DNA of 62,621 nt, filler included, from Asterionella formosa (GCA_002256025.1; 13 parts of 13 records of this genome joined end to end with filler, not necessarily neighbours in it); one strand, 5' to 3'. Positions 1 through 13,219 are shown, counted from the first letter of the whole stretch. A program made the numbers and translations. Notes: generated by a model not told the origin, from the sequence alone.

Positions 1-10
1 TTTATAAACG

Positions 11-431
11 TGTTTAAGTATTACCTTTTGTATAGATCTATATCGTTAGACAAAGAAGACTATAGATAGAGACGTTCGTTTCTCTTTCCGTTTCTATATT
101 CTTATTGTGAGTTTACTAATCTAGTTTAGGTTGTTCTGTTTGAACAAAACAAACGAACTATTCTCCAAATGCTGTTTGCATTTCTAGGAACATACAATCA
201 TAGATAGACCCATGTCTATCTCACACTTACTGATCATAGGTATTTAACCATGATCATTCATTTCAAACTATCGGTCTTCCGAAATAGCTTATATTGTCCG
301 GCTCATTATAGTCGGAGTAACAAAGTATAATGTGTGGTTGATGAGAGCTTGGTACATCAAAGTTGACTCATTCGAATCGTTTGACTCGTTTGACTCCGAG
401 TCCTAACTACGTAGATGAGCTCACTTTAACA
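11..431 (-). mobile_element. Copia LTR, 421 bp, same family as the 3' LTR at 52972-53392
   Basis: Near-identical reverse complement of 52972-53392, which follows a Copia RNase H ORF and PPT. Termini TGTTAAAG...CTTAAACA on minus. Flanks AAACG and GCATG are not a TSD and there is no PPT upstream, so probably a 5' LTR whose internal part runs off the contig. Confidence 0.9.
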
Positions 432-695
432 GCATGTTACAATCATTCTCGTGTGTTTTACGCTTGTTGTACCATCTCCATGCATATTACCGTTATTTTG
501 GTTGTCATGCTAAAATCGGCAATTTTATTGCCGAAAAATTCGATGTGCCCCATATTGCCCTTAAATAAAAATTACTTAAGAAATTACTTAGAGACTAAAA
601 ATTACTTAGATGTACCCGAATGGCAAGACGATAGCTGGAGCGGGAATTGCTCAGTGTTCCTCTCGCAGAATTTCTTGTTCTTCAACACTTGAACC

Positions 696-1670
696 ATGCT
701 CTCGCGGCTTTCCGCTCTAACCCGTCAAACAACATCACATATTTTAAAATTGAACTGTAGATGCAACTCAACAGTGAAGATTGTGGAAGTCGGTCCAAGA
801 GACGGGCTTCAGAACGAAGAACAATTTGTTTCAACACGAAACAAGCTTGAATTGATCAGACGCCTCAGTGCAGCTGGGTGTCAATACATCGAGGCTACTT
901 CGTTTGTGTCACCGAAATGGGTTCCTCAAATGTCAGACCACGAAGAAGTTATGCTAGAACTAAAGCGAAATCCCGTGCAAGCTCGCATTTCTTGCCTGAC
1001 ACCCACGTTGAAGTATTTTCAACAGGCACTGGCCACCGGAGCACCAGAAGTCGCCATTTTTGGCTCGGCAAGCGAATCCTTTTCACGCAAGAATATAAAT
1101 TGCAGCATTTCAGACTCAATAGATAGATTCAAGCCTCTTATGGAAGCTGCCAAAGCTGCCAACATCCCGGTGCGCGGATACGTCTCGTGCGTTATTGCCT
1201 GCCCCTACGAAGGGTCTATCTCACCATCAAAAGTGGCCGAGGTAGTTACTGCCTTGCTGGAACTGGGATGCCACGAAATATCTCTTGGTGATACGATCGG
1301 TGTTGGGACACCAGGATCGACCACTGCCATGCTGGAAACAGTCACCTCGGTCGTTTCAGATGTGCACCAGCTAGCTGTGCACTTTCATGACACATATGGA
1401 CAAGCCTTGGCCAACATTTTGGTATCCCTTGATCACAACATAACTACAGTCGACTCTTCGGTAAGTGGCCTTGGAGGATGTCCCTATGCAGCAGGGGCAT
1501 CTGGAAATGTAGCGACAGAGGACGTACTGTATATGCTTCATGGAATGGGGATTGAAACAGGTATTGATTTGGATCAGTTGATTGATGCTGGGTCTTTCAT
1601 TTGTAACGTTCTCGGGAAGGAAACAGGTAGCAAAGTGGCGAAAGCTATCATTTCAAAGCGAAAAGATTAA
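696..1670 (+). CDS. HMGCL: Hydroxymethylglutaryl-CoA lyase, mitochondrial
   Basis: [50 protein letters not shown] motifs. Arg/Ser/Thr-rich acid-free N-terminus resembles a mitochondrial presequence. No intron. Confidence 0.96.
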   Translation: MLSRLSALTRQTTSHILKLNCRCNSTVKIVEVGPRDGLQNEEQFVSTRNKLELIRRLSAAGCQYIEATSFVSPKWVPQMSDHEEVMLELKRNPVQARISCLTPTLKYFQQALATGAPEVAIFGSASESFSRKNINCSISDSIDRFKPLMEAAKAANIPVRGYVSCVIACPYEGSISPSKVAEVVTALLELGCHEISLGDTIGVGTPGSTTAMLETVTSVVSDVHQLAVHFHDTYGQALANILVSLDHNITTVDSSVSGLGGCPYAAGASGNVATEDVLYMLHGMGIETGIDLDQLIDAGSFICNVLGKETGSKVAKAIISKRKD

Positions 1671-1743
1671 ATGGTGGTCCCAATATACCAACGAAATCAG
1701 CAAGTGCATGTGGTAGACGCATGGCAAAATCGAAAATCTACTC

Positions 1744-4017
1744 TTAATCATCAAAAACTACGCTACCGTCTACTGCATAGACAGTGACACCAGGAGGAGC
1801 TCCAACCTGGAGTCGACTCTCTGCCATGAGATCTTCGGAAGAAAATCGGCACATGACTTGAGTAAATGCACTATGCAGACTGAGAGTCGGAAATAACTCT
1901 TCCTCCATGGGTACCAGCAATGGAAGGGTGTGCTTTTCAGGCAATCTTAGCTGTTGTTGTTCATGATTCAGCGGTTCCAATCCCATGCCTGTCAGTAGAG
2001 ATGTATGAACTGGAGGTGTTACGATACTTCCATTCACACTAAACGTGACAGACGCTGTTACCATCACTCCGTCCCAAGTCTCGAATGTAGACCCGTCATC
2101 CAAAAAAACGAGGCAACCAACTGTGGCCCCTTCGCCGTACGTACTCAAACTAGGATCTCCTGGCGAGCACCACTGCCCGGCCGTCAAGAATTGGCCCGTG
2201 GTGACCATGCCAACGGAGCCCTTCCAAGAACCAACCAGAGTGTTGAGTGGCATTTCGAGCGTTGATAGGCCAATCGAGAGTGTGGCCATGGAAGCTTGCA
2301 GGCTAGCGGCGTTTCCTTCGAAGGGTGACAGGACCGCCATTTCAAAGTAAACAAAGCAGTTCCGTAGGATTGGGACCATGGATCGTGTGCTACAATAAAG
2401 TACGTTGCCAACTTTAGTAGCAATGTGTTGTCCACATGACAACGCTATACCGTTTCCAACATCAGCAGCGTTAAAGACAGCAAACCGACCTCCTTCTCGT
2501 AGTGCCATTGCCATGGCCCTTGTTCGTTCATTCTCACTCCCAAGGCCACCTTCCACGCGCAGCAGGTCTCGCGCCAAGAATACGACATCTTCCGTAAATC
2601 GGTTGCCTCTATCTAAAACCAAAGATCGCGACCCCGGCGTCGGTGGAAAGGACTTCGGAGTGCACATAAATGGGCTATCACAAGACGTGTCTGAGACCGG
2701 CGAGAAACGAGGATCGACGCTGTTTTGCCTAGTAAGAGTTTGCTCAAAGTCAAAAAATGTGGTGGGTTCTTCTTCTGGTGCTGGCACTCGCACGGTCGCC
2801 ACAAAAGGTCTAAGCGACACATCATAATGCATCATGCGCTGGACTCGTTTCTTGGCATGCCGTGTCAACGCATCGTTGTCTTGTTCATGGTATGAAATGA
2901 CATAGGCCGCCGAATTTATTGTACTTAATTTGTGCAGCAACTTCTGGTTCAAAGCGTCGTTTCGGGACTTGTTTGTTTGCTGATAATTAGACACAGATGC
3001 CGATCCTCCTGTCCGCATCATTCCTCCACCTCCTAGTGGCCATCGTTTTAGCGCCATATTACTGCATGATCCTACGCCTGTCGCAACACTTTGAATACCA
3101 CTGACGAGTGCTTCGCTCGTCTTGCCCATATAATTGAATTGAACAGAAATTATGGCATCCACGAGTGCAAATGGATTGATTCTGGAGAGGACTTCCCAGA
3201 GCACATCTATGATTCCCATAATGGCTGACACGACACCACTGAGACCAGCCATTGTAATATGGACCATTGCAAATGTTGTCTCTACGCCTGTCTCTCTTAT
3301 TGCATCAAGTAAATCTAGTACGACGCTGAGCGGAACATTGCGCAAGATACCATTAATGAGTTGCTTGATAATTTTGAGTCTTTGCTTTTTTTTTCCTTCT
3401 TTCCGTGGTTCAATGTATGTTTCGGGGTCTATTGTTTGCATATATTCTTTTCTTCGTTGCATTGTAATGTCAATGGCGGCACCATGTGCATCCAAACAAA
3501 ATGATCGTATTGATCGAGGATGAGAAAATACAGCTTGTGATAGCTTTTGCTGAACCCATTGTTTTCGTCGAAGGTTAAGTTTCCTTCGAAGGTTCTGATC
3601 GTCATCCTCATGATGGTCAAAATCGTCGTCTACAGAGCCAAGAAATAGTCCGCCGCCCTCCGAAGGACTGAGTGCCATCAAACCTGGTGTTTCTGGGGTA
3701 GCGATGCCAAAGGAGGCCCATGATGGGACCGACCTTCCCATGTGGCTTGTGGACAGTGATTGTTGGCTAACGATGCGATCCATGGATACCATGGAAGCAG
3801 CATCTGACAAGGTCAGGAAGGAAGCAATATTTCGGACAATCGTGTGATCTTCTCGTGTGTGAATGGGTCCATCGAAGGACGAGGACGAGCCCAAGGAAGC
3901 ATCATCTACGTGAGAATGTTCCATAGAAAGGTCGTCTATTTCATAGTAGTCCACAATATCCACATCGTTCATGAATGTTGTCGGTGGTCGGGGCGTTCCC
4001 CTTTTCTTGGAACTCAT
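1744..4017 (-). CDS. 757-aa hypothetical protein with C-terminal SPRY/B30.2-like domain
   Basis: Long uninterrupted ORF. VYFEMAV...SIGLST...LVGSWKGSVG...YGEGATVGCLV...FSVNG...LFPTLSLHS resembles the SPRY beta-sandwich. Hydrophobic segment near aa 250-280. Confidence 0.75.
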   Translation of the reverse strand: MSSKKRGTPRPPTTFMNDVDIVDYYEIDDLSMEHSHVDDASLGSSSSFDGPIHTREDHTIVRNIASFLTLSDAASMVSMDRIVSQQSLSTSHMGRSVPSWASFGIATPETPGLMALSPSEGGGLFLGSVDDDFDHHEDDDQNLRRKLNLRRKQWVQQKLSQAVFSHPRSIRSFCLDAHGAAIDITMQRRKEYMQTIDPETYIEPRKEGKKKQRLKIIKQLINGILRNVPLSVVLDLLDAIRETGVETTFAMVHITMAGLSGVVSAIMGIIDVLWEVLSRINPFALVDAIISVQFNYMGKTSEALVSGIQSVATGVGSCSNMALKRWPLGGGGMMRTGGSASVSNYQQTNKSRNDALNQKLLHKLSTINSAAYVISYHEQDNDALTRHAKKRVQRMMHYDVSLRPFVATVRVPAPEEEPTTFFDFEQTLTRQNSVDPRFSPVSDTSCDSPFMCTPKSFPPTPGSRSLVLDRGNRFTEDVVFLARDLLRVEGGLGSENERTRAMAMALREGGRFAVFNAADVGNGIALSCGQHIATKVGNVLYCSTRSMVPILRNCFVYFEMAVLSPFEGNAASLQASMATLSIGLSTLEMPLNTLVGSWKGSVGMVTTGQFLTAGQWCSPGDPSLSTYGEGATVGCLVFLDDGSTFETWDGVMVTASVTFSVNGSIVTPPVHTSLLTGMGLEPLNHEQQQLRLPEKHTLPLLVPMEEELFPTLSLHSAFTQVMCRFSSEDLMAESRLQVGAPPGVTVYAVDGSVVFDD

Positions 4018-4257
4018 GGCGTGCGCGTCGTTTTCTAGTGTTTGTTCTGCTTTGGTGGTTGGCTCATCGCGCTTTCTCTTATCTCTAACTTTTCAATCGA
4101 TTGCCCCGCTCTCACCGATTTCCCACTTCTCCGCCTTGCACCAAGCAAGGTTTGGTCAATATACGTATGGTATAGTGGATGATGTCGACTCCAACATGCC
4201 AGCACTTATTGATACTCCGTATACCGACCGTACTGTAATAAGGGGTACATTGATGTG

Positions 4258-4380
4258 TACCGGGTAATACCGGTAGTCTACATCCATAATAACAAAAATA
4301 AAATAGAATAAATTTCCGGTACCAGGTACCTGGTGAGTACCAGGTACCCCCAGGTACCAGGTACTTACTTACCCAGTACT
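4258..4380. repeat. TACC(W)GGTA-rich low-complexity patch, one of many (also about 10740-10920, 18180-18250, 21860-21910, 25600-25632, 30285-30350, 34720-34752, 53440-53472)
   Basis: Stacked TACCGGTA, TACCAGGTA and TACCTGGTA units, e.g. (TACCTGG)4TA at about 53442-53471. Confidence 0.85.
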
Positions 4381-4645
4381 AAGAATATCATGCATCATCA
4401 CAGTCACACTTGTGACGTCTATGTACAACACAGCAACAGGCAGATCGAAATGCACAGACACTTGGTCATATGTGATCCCGAGCAGTCGCTCGTATTTCTC
4501 TCGTCATCCAAAAAAAGCCAACAGCAAGAGGAACGAATCATGATGGTGTGGTCGCTACCAGTAATAAGAATGCTACATGCATAGATATATCACAACAAAC
4601 CTATTACCGTAGTTTCTGTTACGATGGAAAGAATGTACAATTTAT

Positions 4646-5712
4646 CATTTCAACCCAAGATTAGAGGTAGGGTTAAAAAAATAATATTGAGTCAGAGTAC
4701 TCAAAGATCGCTAAACGGAGCTTTCACCAATATGCACCCTTTCCATATGCTCAGATACAGTCTCCTGACAAAGTAGGGGGTGTACCGGTAGGTCAACGCT
4801 ATATATCTGTCATCAGGAAATAGGATCTGTCGAGAGAGTGCAGAAAGGAACTTCGGCTTTTTTAATTATACTAAAAATAGTTGATTTTACAGGGCCATTT
4901 CGTTTATTTGGGTTAGTTTTAAAAAACCGAAGTTCCTTTATGCACTTTCTTGCCGAAAGTTAACTTCTGGGGCTGTATGAAGATTACACATGTACTTAAC
5001 TCTTCCTTAAACCCTGCCAACGTTGAGCTATCGTCGTTCAAAAATTCGACAATATTGGCCTTTTCAATGGTCTCCAAAATGTCAGAATCAGAATCAGAAT
5101 CAATAATCGCCAAAACGTCATCATCGGAACTGAAGTCTTGTGATTCAATTTTTCGTCTTTCAATCTTCTGTACAAAAAGTTTCATTGTCAGTGTCCGCTT
5201 CACTATAAATATTTTGATTGGTCAACTTCAATTACTTACCGATATTTGATTGGCCCGGTTTGCAAGGTCTTGCAAACCCACACCGGCTACACTGGATACA
5301 CATTTGAATTTTCTTGTGTGATCGCCAGTACGCCAGTACGCCAGTACCATATCCACTATGGGTGCCGGTAGATGATTATCATTTGACACACCACGCATAC
5401 CACTCCTAGAAAGCACTTCAAATATCTGCCGAGCCACTGGGTCATATGACACATTGAAAAACATCGATCAGTGTATAGAGTGTGGTATACCAGCAGTATA
5501 TACATACAGATGTACAATCTATATCTATGTATTTAGCGAATTCGAAAAGGAATCTATGCACGTACGCGCAAATTTCCACTGATTTGAATATTTCAAATGG
5601 AATCTTGTTATTCAAAAAAAAAACATAAAAATTCTTAGTTCCAGGGAATTTCGGCAACCCTAGTAAGCAATATTTTAATTTTTCCCTTAGGGTTGAAATG
5701 CAGGACCCTTAA
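4646..5712. mobile_element. Non-autonomous TIR DNA transposon (Kolobok-like), copy 1, left TIR clipped
   Basis: Left end CATTTCAACCCAAGATTAGAGGTAGGGTTAAAA, right end TAGGGTTGAAATGCAGGACCC followed by TTAA. Both subterminal regions recur at 34453-34640, 39700-39851, 45780-45898 and 53515-53585. Confidence 0.75.
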
Positions 5713-6149
5713 ATCTTATAGTACGTAGTGGAGAAATATTGGACCGTATATCCGGTATAGTCATACAATGGTGAACAGGCACAGTATGGTGGAAATATGT
5801 ATGACCAATACATCTGTATGTACAGGTATGTTGAAGCAATCTATAGATTTGTAGCAGACTAATACCAACTGCTACCAGCAGTAGTAAAACCAAACGGATA
5901 TGAAATTAATTTATAGAGCACACATTAGTAGATTAAACATCATTTGGTAAAAAAATTCTCTGTGTCCGGTGATGATTGCTGGGTTCGTTGTGATTTGTGC
6001 TGCAACTTTTTATATCGTGTTTCCACTTTCGTTTACTAGTATGTTAAATCTATCGAATAATCACACTCATGCCCAAATAAATGGTGGACACAAGAATTAG
6101 TACCAGTTTTATTCATCCATACTGTACAAAGGGACCTGTCTTTTCGTCC

Positions 6150-7700
6150 GCCGCCTCACCCACTATATTGCAATCATTTTTATAGAGCATTACTATTACT
6201 GGTCTAGTGACACATTTGTCGTCTTTGCACTCCATGTCCCTTGAAAGTTGGGGAGGTGGATTTGTGTGGTGGTCATTCCCTCTTGCAGGAGTGTGTTCTT
6301 GACACTTCTCAGGATGGCATGTCTTGTTGCAGGTCTTTGAAATGAGTGTTTAATCTTGTTTGTTTCATTTTACTTCTGCACTTTTCCTGTGTGGAGTGTT
6401 TGCATGCAGTGTGAGGAAGAAAATTTCCTGACATACGGAATATCTGTTGACCTGACATTGGCCTTTGTTGGCCATTTGTTTAGATATAGTAAAATAATTT
6501 CCGCCTGCTTCAAACTCTTCTTTTCTTTCTTGGACTGGATTTAGCCATGTCGGTTTCATTAATTGAAAATAGATGGTGGTCTCGCACAAAGATTTCCTTC
6601 TGTCGTGTGTATACCTTCCCGATTTTAGTGTCATATTCAGATTGTGCTAGTATACTTCGATTTTTTTCTTTGTTGTGTAACAGTGCATTTCTGTCATCCC
6701 AAGCCCTGTACAGCATCGCCCTTATTGCGCTGTGGCTATTGGTGCCACTGATTGCATTGTGCTACAGTGAGCAGAGACGACGCTCCTATTGAATATTGAA
6801 GTGGTTCTCATCTACTGAACACAAACGTACCTGCAGAGGAGTGTCAGCACCTTCCCAATCGTTTGTTGATTTTTGATTGCTGTCTGTATATTTTCTAATG
6901 ATTTCTTTCCCATTGTGGATTTTAATTTTTGCTTGAACTCGTCCTCCTGATTCCGCAAGATATGTTGCATGTATTCAGTCCAGATTTGTGTGACAGCTGT
7001 TCCTCCTGGTGGGAGTGCCCGTCAAAACCTATCATTCGTACACTCTTTTTGTAGTTTACTGTTGCGTCAGCCCTGACACAAAAAAATGCTTGTTGTTCTC
7101 TGGTTGCGTACATGATGGTCACGTATTGGCTCCCTGGTGTATAAGTTGAAGTCTTCTCCCTACTGGGAGCCACCCATGGATGTATTTTTTCAGTGTGTTC
7201 CTTTTTTGTTAACTTGCTTTCTCATAGCTCCGGCGAAATCATCCCAGTCAATCATTTCCAAAGTTGCTGCCCACAATTTGTGTTTATTTTCAAAATAGAT
7301 TTGGTACCTCAAGAATTGAACATGGTTACCGAGACTTGCTTCTTTTTGCTCGGAAAACTGTGTTTCATGTGCTGTTGTATTGGACTAGCAACAAACCCGT
7401 CTGCATAGACTGAAATTGTGGTGAATAGTTCCATAGGCCTCCCAAAGTAAGTGGCTTTGGGGCACCTCATGATAATTTTTCTGCAATCTCGTCTGCCTTA
7501 AGATTTATCTTTGCGGTGTAGTAGCTCAATTTTCTGTTGGTCTGTGGCCTATCCTGGTGCCCTTTTATCCATTGGATCTTGAATTATACTGGCAATGTTT
7601 TAACAAGGTCCGAAATCATTGAAACTATATCTGCATTTGCTGGGGGTCTATCAGCATGGGCATGGAGTGTATAGGAGAGAAAATCTAAGCGTGATATGCA
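6150..7700 (-). mobile_element. Degenerate non-LTR retrotransposon (LINE), 3' part with RNase H and C-terminal domain
   Basis: Broken frames give GHQDRPQTNRKLSYYTAKINLKADEIAE (RNase H GHQD...N..AD motif, about 7480-7563), KYIHGWLPVG (about 7160-7190) and AWDDRNALLH...SEYD. The last two motifs recur at 42590-43640. Boundaries approximate. Confidence 0.7.
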
Positions 7701-8497
7701 TCAAGGCTGTGCTATTGCTCGAGAACATGACTGTAAAGGTTGTGTTGATGATGGATCAGTATTGAATGAATTTTTTGACAAATAGAAGACTGGAAGTGAA
7801 AGAATTTACTATTACTAGAATTATCATTGCATATCTTCATTGCTGTGGTGTTGGTCTTGGTGGTGATAAGGATTCTGGGGTAGACCATGATACTGGTAGT
7901 CTTCATACTAGTCATCCAGGAGCTGACAGAAACTCCGAAGAAAGCACAAAACAAGAATAAGAAATAGAAAAATTGCATTTTTATCTAAAATCGACCTCAC
8001 ATCGCTCACGTTGCTAAGAATGAATGCAACAGAATCCGAATCTTTGCAAAAGAAAGTTAAATTATGCAAAATAATGCAAAAAAGCCTTTTACACGGGTTT
8101 CCCGTCCTTTTGCTGGTTTTTGCTCTGTTTTCTTGTGGTTGTTTCACGGTTTCTTCGCGTGGCTTAGTTTTCATCTCCGGGTTTAACGGTGTGGACGAGG
8201 TCAATCATACAGCTACTACCTACTGGTAATTAGGAGTGATAAAACTGAACAAAATTAATTCTTGGAAGAAGCGATTCGAACCACAGCAAGAAGCAAAAAG
8301 CACCAAGTGGTTGAGAATCGGCCGAATGTATAAATACATATAGCAATATGAGCTCGACTTTTGCGATACGTGTTGCAAGGCGAAGGCCACGGTGTATCAT
8401 CAGCCCATCCTCGCTCGTCGAAAACGCATACAGCATTGGTGTTCCAAACAATATCACCATCAACACCATGAGGATGACCACCTCGGCCTGCTCCACC

Positions 8498-10338
8498 ATG
8501 GCACGCTGCTCTCTTGTGACGCTGACACTCTTCTCGCTCGCTGGACTCGTGAGGTCCGAGATTCGATCGTTTTCTGGAATCATGGAAGCTGCATCGACCT
8601 TCATTCATTACAGCGAAGGCTACCTCGTCGCTCCGGGCTACATCGACATCAGCAGCTTGAACTTCCAAACGATTGATGACGGAGGGGACAAGAATTTCAT
8701 TCCTAACGAGGCTTTCCCAGTGGGCGACGGTGGAGGCCTTGCGGGGGACGATGACAGTGCCAGTGCCACAGCGAATCCTAGCAAGGCCACAGACCCTCCC
8801 GCTGCCCGAGGCACAAATAGCACCGGCGGAGGAGGGAGAGAAATTCGGGTACTCACCGATAAATCCGCCGTTGGAGGTTCTACGGTACGTGCAAGGACTA
8901 CCGGTGACCTACTGCATACTCCTTCGTTTGCTCGTGCATGTTATTTACGGTAGACTCTAACAACGCCATATCACTTCAGGTCGACATTGTCTTTTTCTAC
9001 GAACCCAGTGAATGTTCCAACAACCGGAACGGATGCGATTGGACCAAGCTAGGTATCGGTACCACCGATGAGTTTGGCAGCCTAAGGTGGTGTTGTTCCA
9101 ACGAGGCCATTGAATTTGGATATTGTCTGGGGGGACCGAACCAATACGGACGCCTTATTGTTAATTCGACTGCCTTTAAGGGACAGCACCGATTCATATC
9201 TGTCCCGCCCTCCGGAAAACTAGACACGACCGTCAAATATGGAAAGCTGGAAGAACCCGAAAATTCGGGAACATACATTTTGATCATCGCCAATTGCAAC
9301 GATGAAGGCCGCGACGTAATGGTCAATGGAGACTACACGTGGGCGTCCAGGCATGGATACCTTCCGGGAGATTTGTTTGGAGAAATGTACTTTTTCCTCT
9401 TTTTGACTATTGTTTATTTTGTAATTGCCTTATGGTATGGAATCGCCATGAAGTACTACGAAGATGCTGAGATTCCTATTCAAAACTGGATTTTTGGGAC
9501 TATTATGCTGGGATTATTGGAGTCCTTCTTCAAGACGGGAGACTACTTTGTTTGGAATGAAGACGGAACTCGCTTTTGGTTTGCGATGTACACTGGTGTC
9601 ATTGTTGGCGTCTTGAAGCGAGGTATATCTCGCTGTCTGATGGTCATGGTCAGTTTAGGATGGGGTGTTGTGCGTGACTCACTTGGATCGACAAGGAAAC
9701 AAATTATTGCTTTGGGCATCGTTTACGTGGGAGTGTCTACCGCTCGTGATGTCATGACTCTCTTCGCTATTACCGAGAACGAAACGCGCACCTTCAAAGC
9801 TGATGTAGAGCTGTTTGATGTTCTCACTATTCTGACTTTTATTGTCGCTGCCATCGATGTGACCTTTTACATGTGGATATTGGACGCTTTGAACGGGACC
9901 ATGCAATATTTGGAAAACATGAACCAATCATCGAAGCTCCAGCGATATCTTCGTCTGCGATTCATTCTACTGTTCTCCGTCCTGTTTGCTGTAGTTTGGC
10001 TTGTCTTTGGAATAGTGAATACGGCGATGGAAGAAAGCATCTTACCCCAACAGGAAGAATGGGCCGTCGATGCAGTAATGGAAATCAACTATGTCATGGT
10101 ATTAGTTTCTGTTGCCATTCTTTGGAGACCCAATCCTAACGCAAAGGAATATGCCTATGTTACGGAGTTACCCGCCATCGGTGGAGAAGACGGAGAAGAT
10201 GACCTAGAAATGGTTGGAAATATTCCGTCAGCACTTGACGAGGATGATGACGAAGAAGAAAGCCCATCGCCAACTAATGGCGGCTACAGTGATGAACAGG
10301 GTGGCAGATTGCAAGTCAGTGATGCTATTCATACTTAA
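8498..10338 (+). CDS. GOST / lung-7TM family protein (TMEM87/GPR107-like), 2 exons: 8498-8884, 8980-10338
   Basis: Signal peptide MARCSLVTLTLFSLAGLVRS. Phase-0 intron 8885-8979 (GTACGT...CTCTAAC...CAG) joins the two ORFs in frame. HGYLPG, LMVMVSLGWGVVR and LWRPNPNAKEYAY motifs with seven hydrophobic helices. Start could be 8468 or 8474. Confidence 0.9.
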
Positions 10339-11619
10339 AGCGAAAACTAATGGGATGGGTGTTCTTGGCACCCATGGGAGTTTTGTTAATTGGTTGCAAT
10401 GATAATTTTTGCTTGTTTTTTTATTCCTTGTACCCATTTGTTTTCAGCGCCCCCTCACTACTAATACCGGTTACCGGTAGTTAGTTTCGCCCTTGTTGTG
10501 GCATATCCAAGGGCCATCCTTTCATCTAGTACATCTCGAAATGCAGTTCGCTGTATGCTGGCAGCAGCCCTTGGGAGAACCTTGCTGTCATGAGTCGAGC
10601 AGACAATATGATAAGCTACCTTCTGAGATACCTCGGAATAAGCAGATGGTGCTGTCGATTGGCCTTGTTGGCAACCTTCAATGTTTGGAACATCTTCATC
10701 ATGAAACAACACAACCGTACCTTTAGGTCTGCTGCCTACGCACCTGGTACAAGGTACCTTGGTATCCGAATACCGGTAGCGGTACCAGGCACCTGAGTAT
10801 GTCATATTTTTGATACGGTATACCGGTATAGATTTACATCATATGACGCTACAATACCGCTGATGATGGTTACGGTAGAAAAACAAAGCAATGGATGCCG
10901 GTACCTGGTACCTGGTACGCACGCACGATCAACAAGCCAAGGGTTAATTTTTTTCGATGTGTATCTAACTTCTTCGAACACGAACGGCGACGACGAGCTT
11001 CTTGGAAACACTTCCTGGTACCAGGCTGCAATTTATTGTATGTACACATATGCATTTAGGGTTCCCTGTTCCCTGTATATTTATATATACAGGTATATAT
11101 AAAATACTAAGTACATATAATAATTACATACACATTCACAGCGGTAAGTATACTTATACGTAGACAATGAATGCATGTGTCGCCATGTTGCTTGGATGGG
11201 AAAACAAAAACAAACAATCCTGAAGTCGTCATCGACACCAAAATGCTACGTCTTGAAAGCACGAGGAAACAAACCAGAGAAGGCAATTACGTCGACAGCA
11301 GGAGAACAGACCACATTGTCACCCCAGTTGTGAAGAACTAGTTCTATGTACCAGTATTACCTGGTGCTACCTGATTCCACCAACGAACAAGAACTATTAC
11401 GGGAAAGAAATGCCGTTGAACCCTGATTATGCATTCTTCACTTCGTTTGAATCTGTCCAAACAGTGTCGTGCGATCAGTACCAGGTACTGCTGTATAAAA
11501 AAATCCAAAACTATTTAGACTTGGAAAGGCGAAACTACTAATGCACATATAAATAGTCTGCGGTAATCAATTACGTTCATCGACACAAAAATCACCATTG
11601 TCTACTAATTCTTGCAGAA

Positions 11620-11727
11620 GTAAGTTTGACTCCTTCAAAGCTTGATCAACTTATCGCTGTGATCGGTTTTTCTTCTCCCCTTCAAGACTTGCTCCACTCT
11701 AACCAACAGCTTTCGTTAACCTTTCAG
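11620..11727 (+). other. Probable 5'-UTR intron of the histone H3 gene
   Basis: GTAAGT donor at 11620, CTCTAAC branch at 11697-11703, TTTCAG acceptor ending 7 nt before the ATG. Confidence 0.6.
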
Positions 11728-11734
11728 ACAAAAC

Positions 11735-12647
<913 letters not shown>

Positions 12648-13219
12648 ATTGACCATCGGCTAGTGTTTGGCCTACCTGGACCTCGTGAGTGATCCTACTG
12701 AGGAAAGGAAGTAATGAGGTGGTGCATGAACTGTAATCTGATCGCATAGGAAAGTCTTACAACTTGAATAATCTAAATGTTCTGTATAATGAATTGTAAA
12801 GCCATTTTAGGCCCTTTTTCAAATGAGGTCTAGTGAACTTGAACAGTGTCATCACCAGCGGCAATTAGGGCGGGGAACTTTCCGGCCTTAGTAAGACCGG
12901 GTGCGAGCAAGCGAGGATTCTGCTTGATCATGTCATCGGAAGCAAGAAAAAAATCGTACTTTTGGCAAGCTTCTTGACAATCGATTGAAAAGACTACTGG
13001 CAGTTAGTTTACTGTTTACTAAATTGAAATGAGGGCATGAACGAATTTTTCTTGAACGCCTATAGCCTCGCTTTCTAATAAGAATCACCGATTTCAATGC
13101 AAACCATTGTAAATGTTGTCGCATAAGCTTAGGCTTGGACATGTCTGCGGAGTAGAAGCACGAAAGGCTTGCGAGGTCATCAAAACCACAACTAATAACA
13201 ATTCCATTTCCTTGTTACC

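Noticed and set aside
363..692. 109-aa ORF in frame just upstream of HMGCL
   Set aside because: Starts at TTG inside the LTR, crosses a small duplication and has no recognisable protein features.
2005..3620. Many 60-140-aa ORFs antisense to or overlapping real genes (also in 8230-10139, 18785-19225, 20362-21202, 28772-29308)
   Set aside because: Shadow ORFs of coding sequence with no independent motifs.
4316..4362. CCWGG and GGTACC clusters as bacterial Dcm or restriction-site arrays or cloning artefacts
   Set aside because: They are dispersed through native intergenic DNA on many contigs and vary between paralogous repeats.
8348..8497. Longer N-terminus for the 7TM protein from the ATG at 8348
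   Set aside because: The signal peptide begins near 8468-8498; the extension would bury it. Not excluded without transcript data.
11563..11619. Possible extra 5'-UTR intron leaving a 2-nt exon before the H3 UTR intron
   Set aside because: GTAATC...CTAAT...GCAG is present, but a 2-nt exon is unlikely and there is no transcript evidence.
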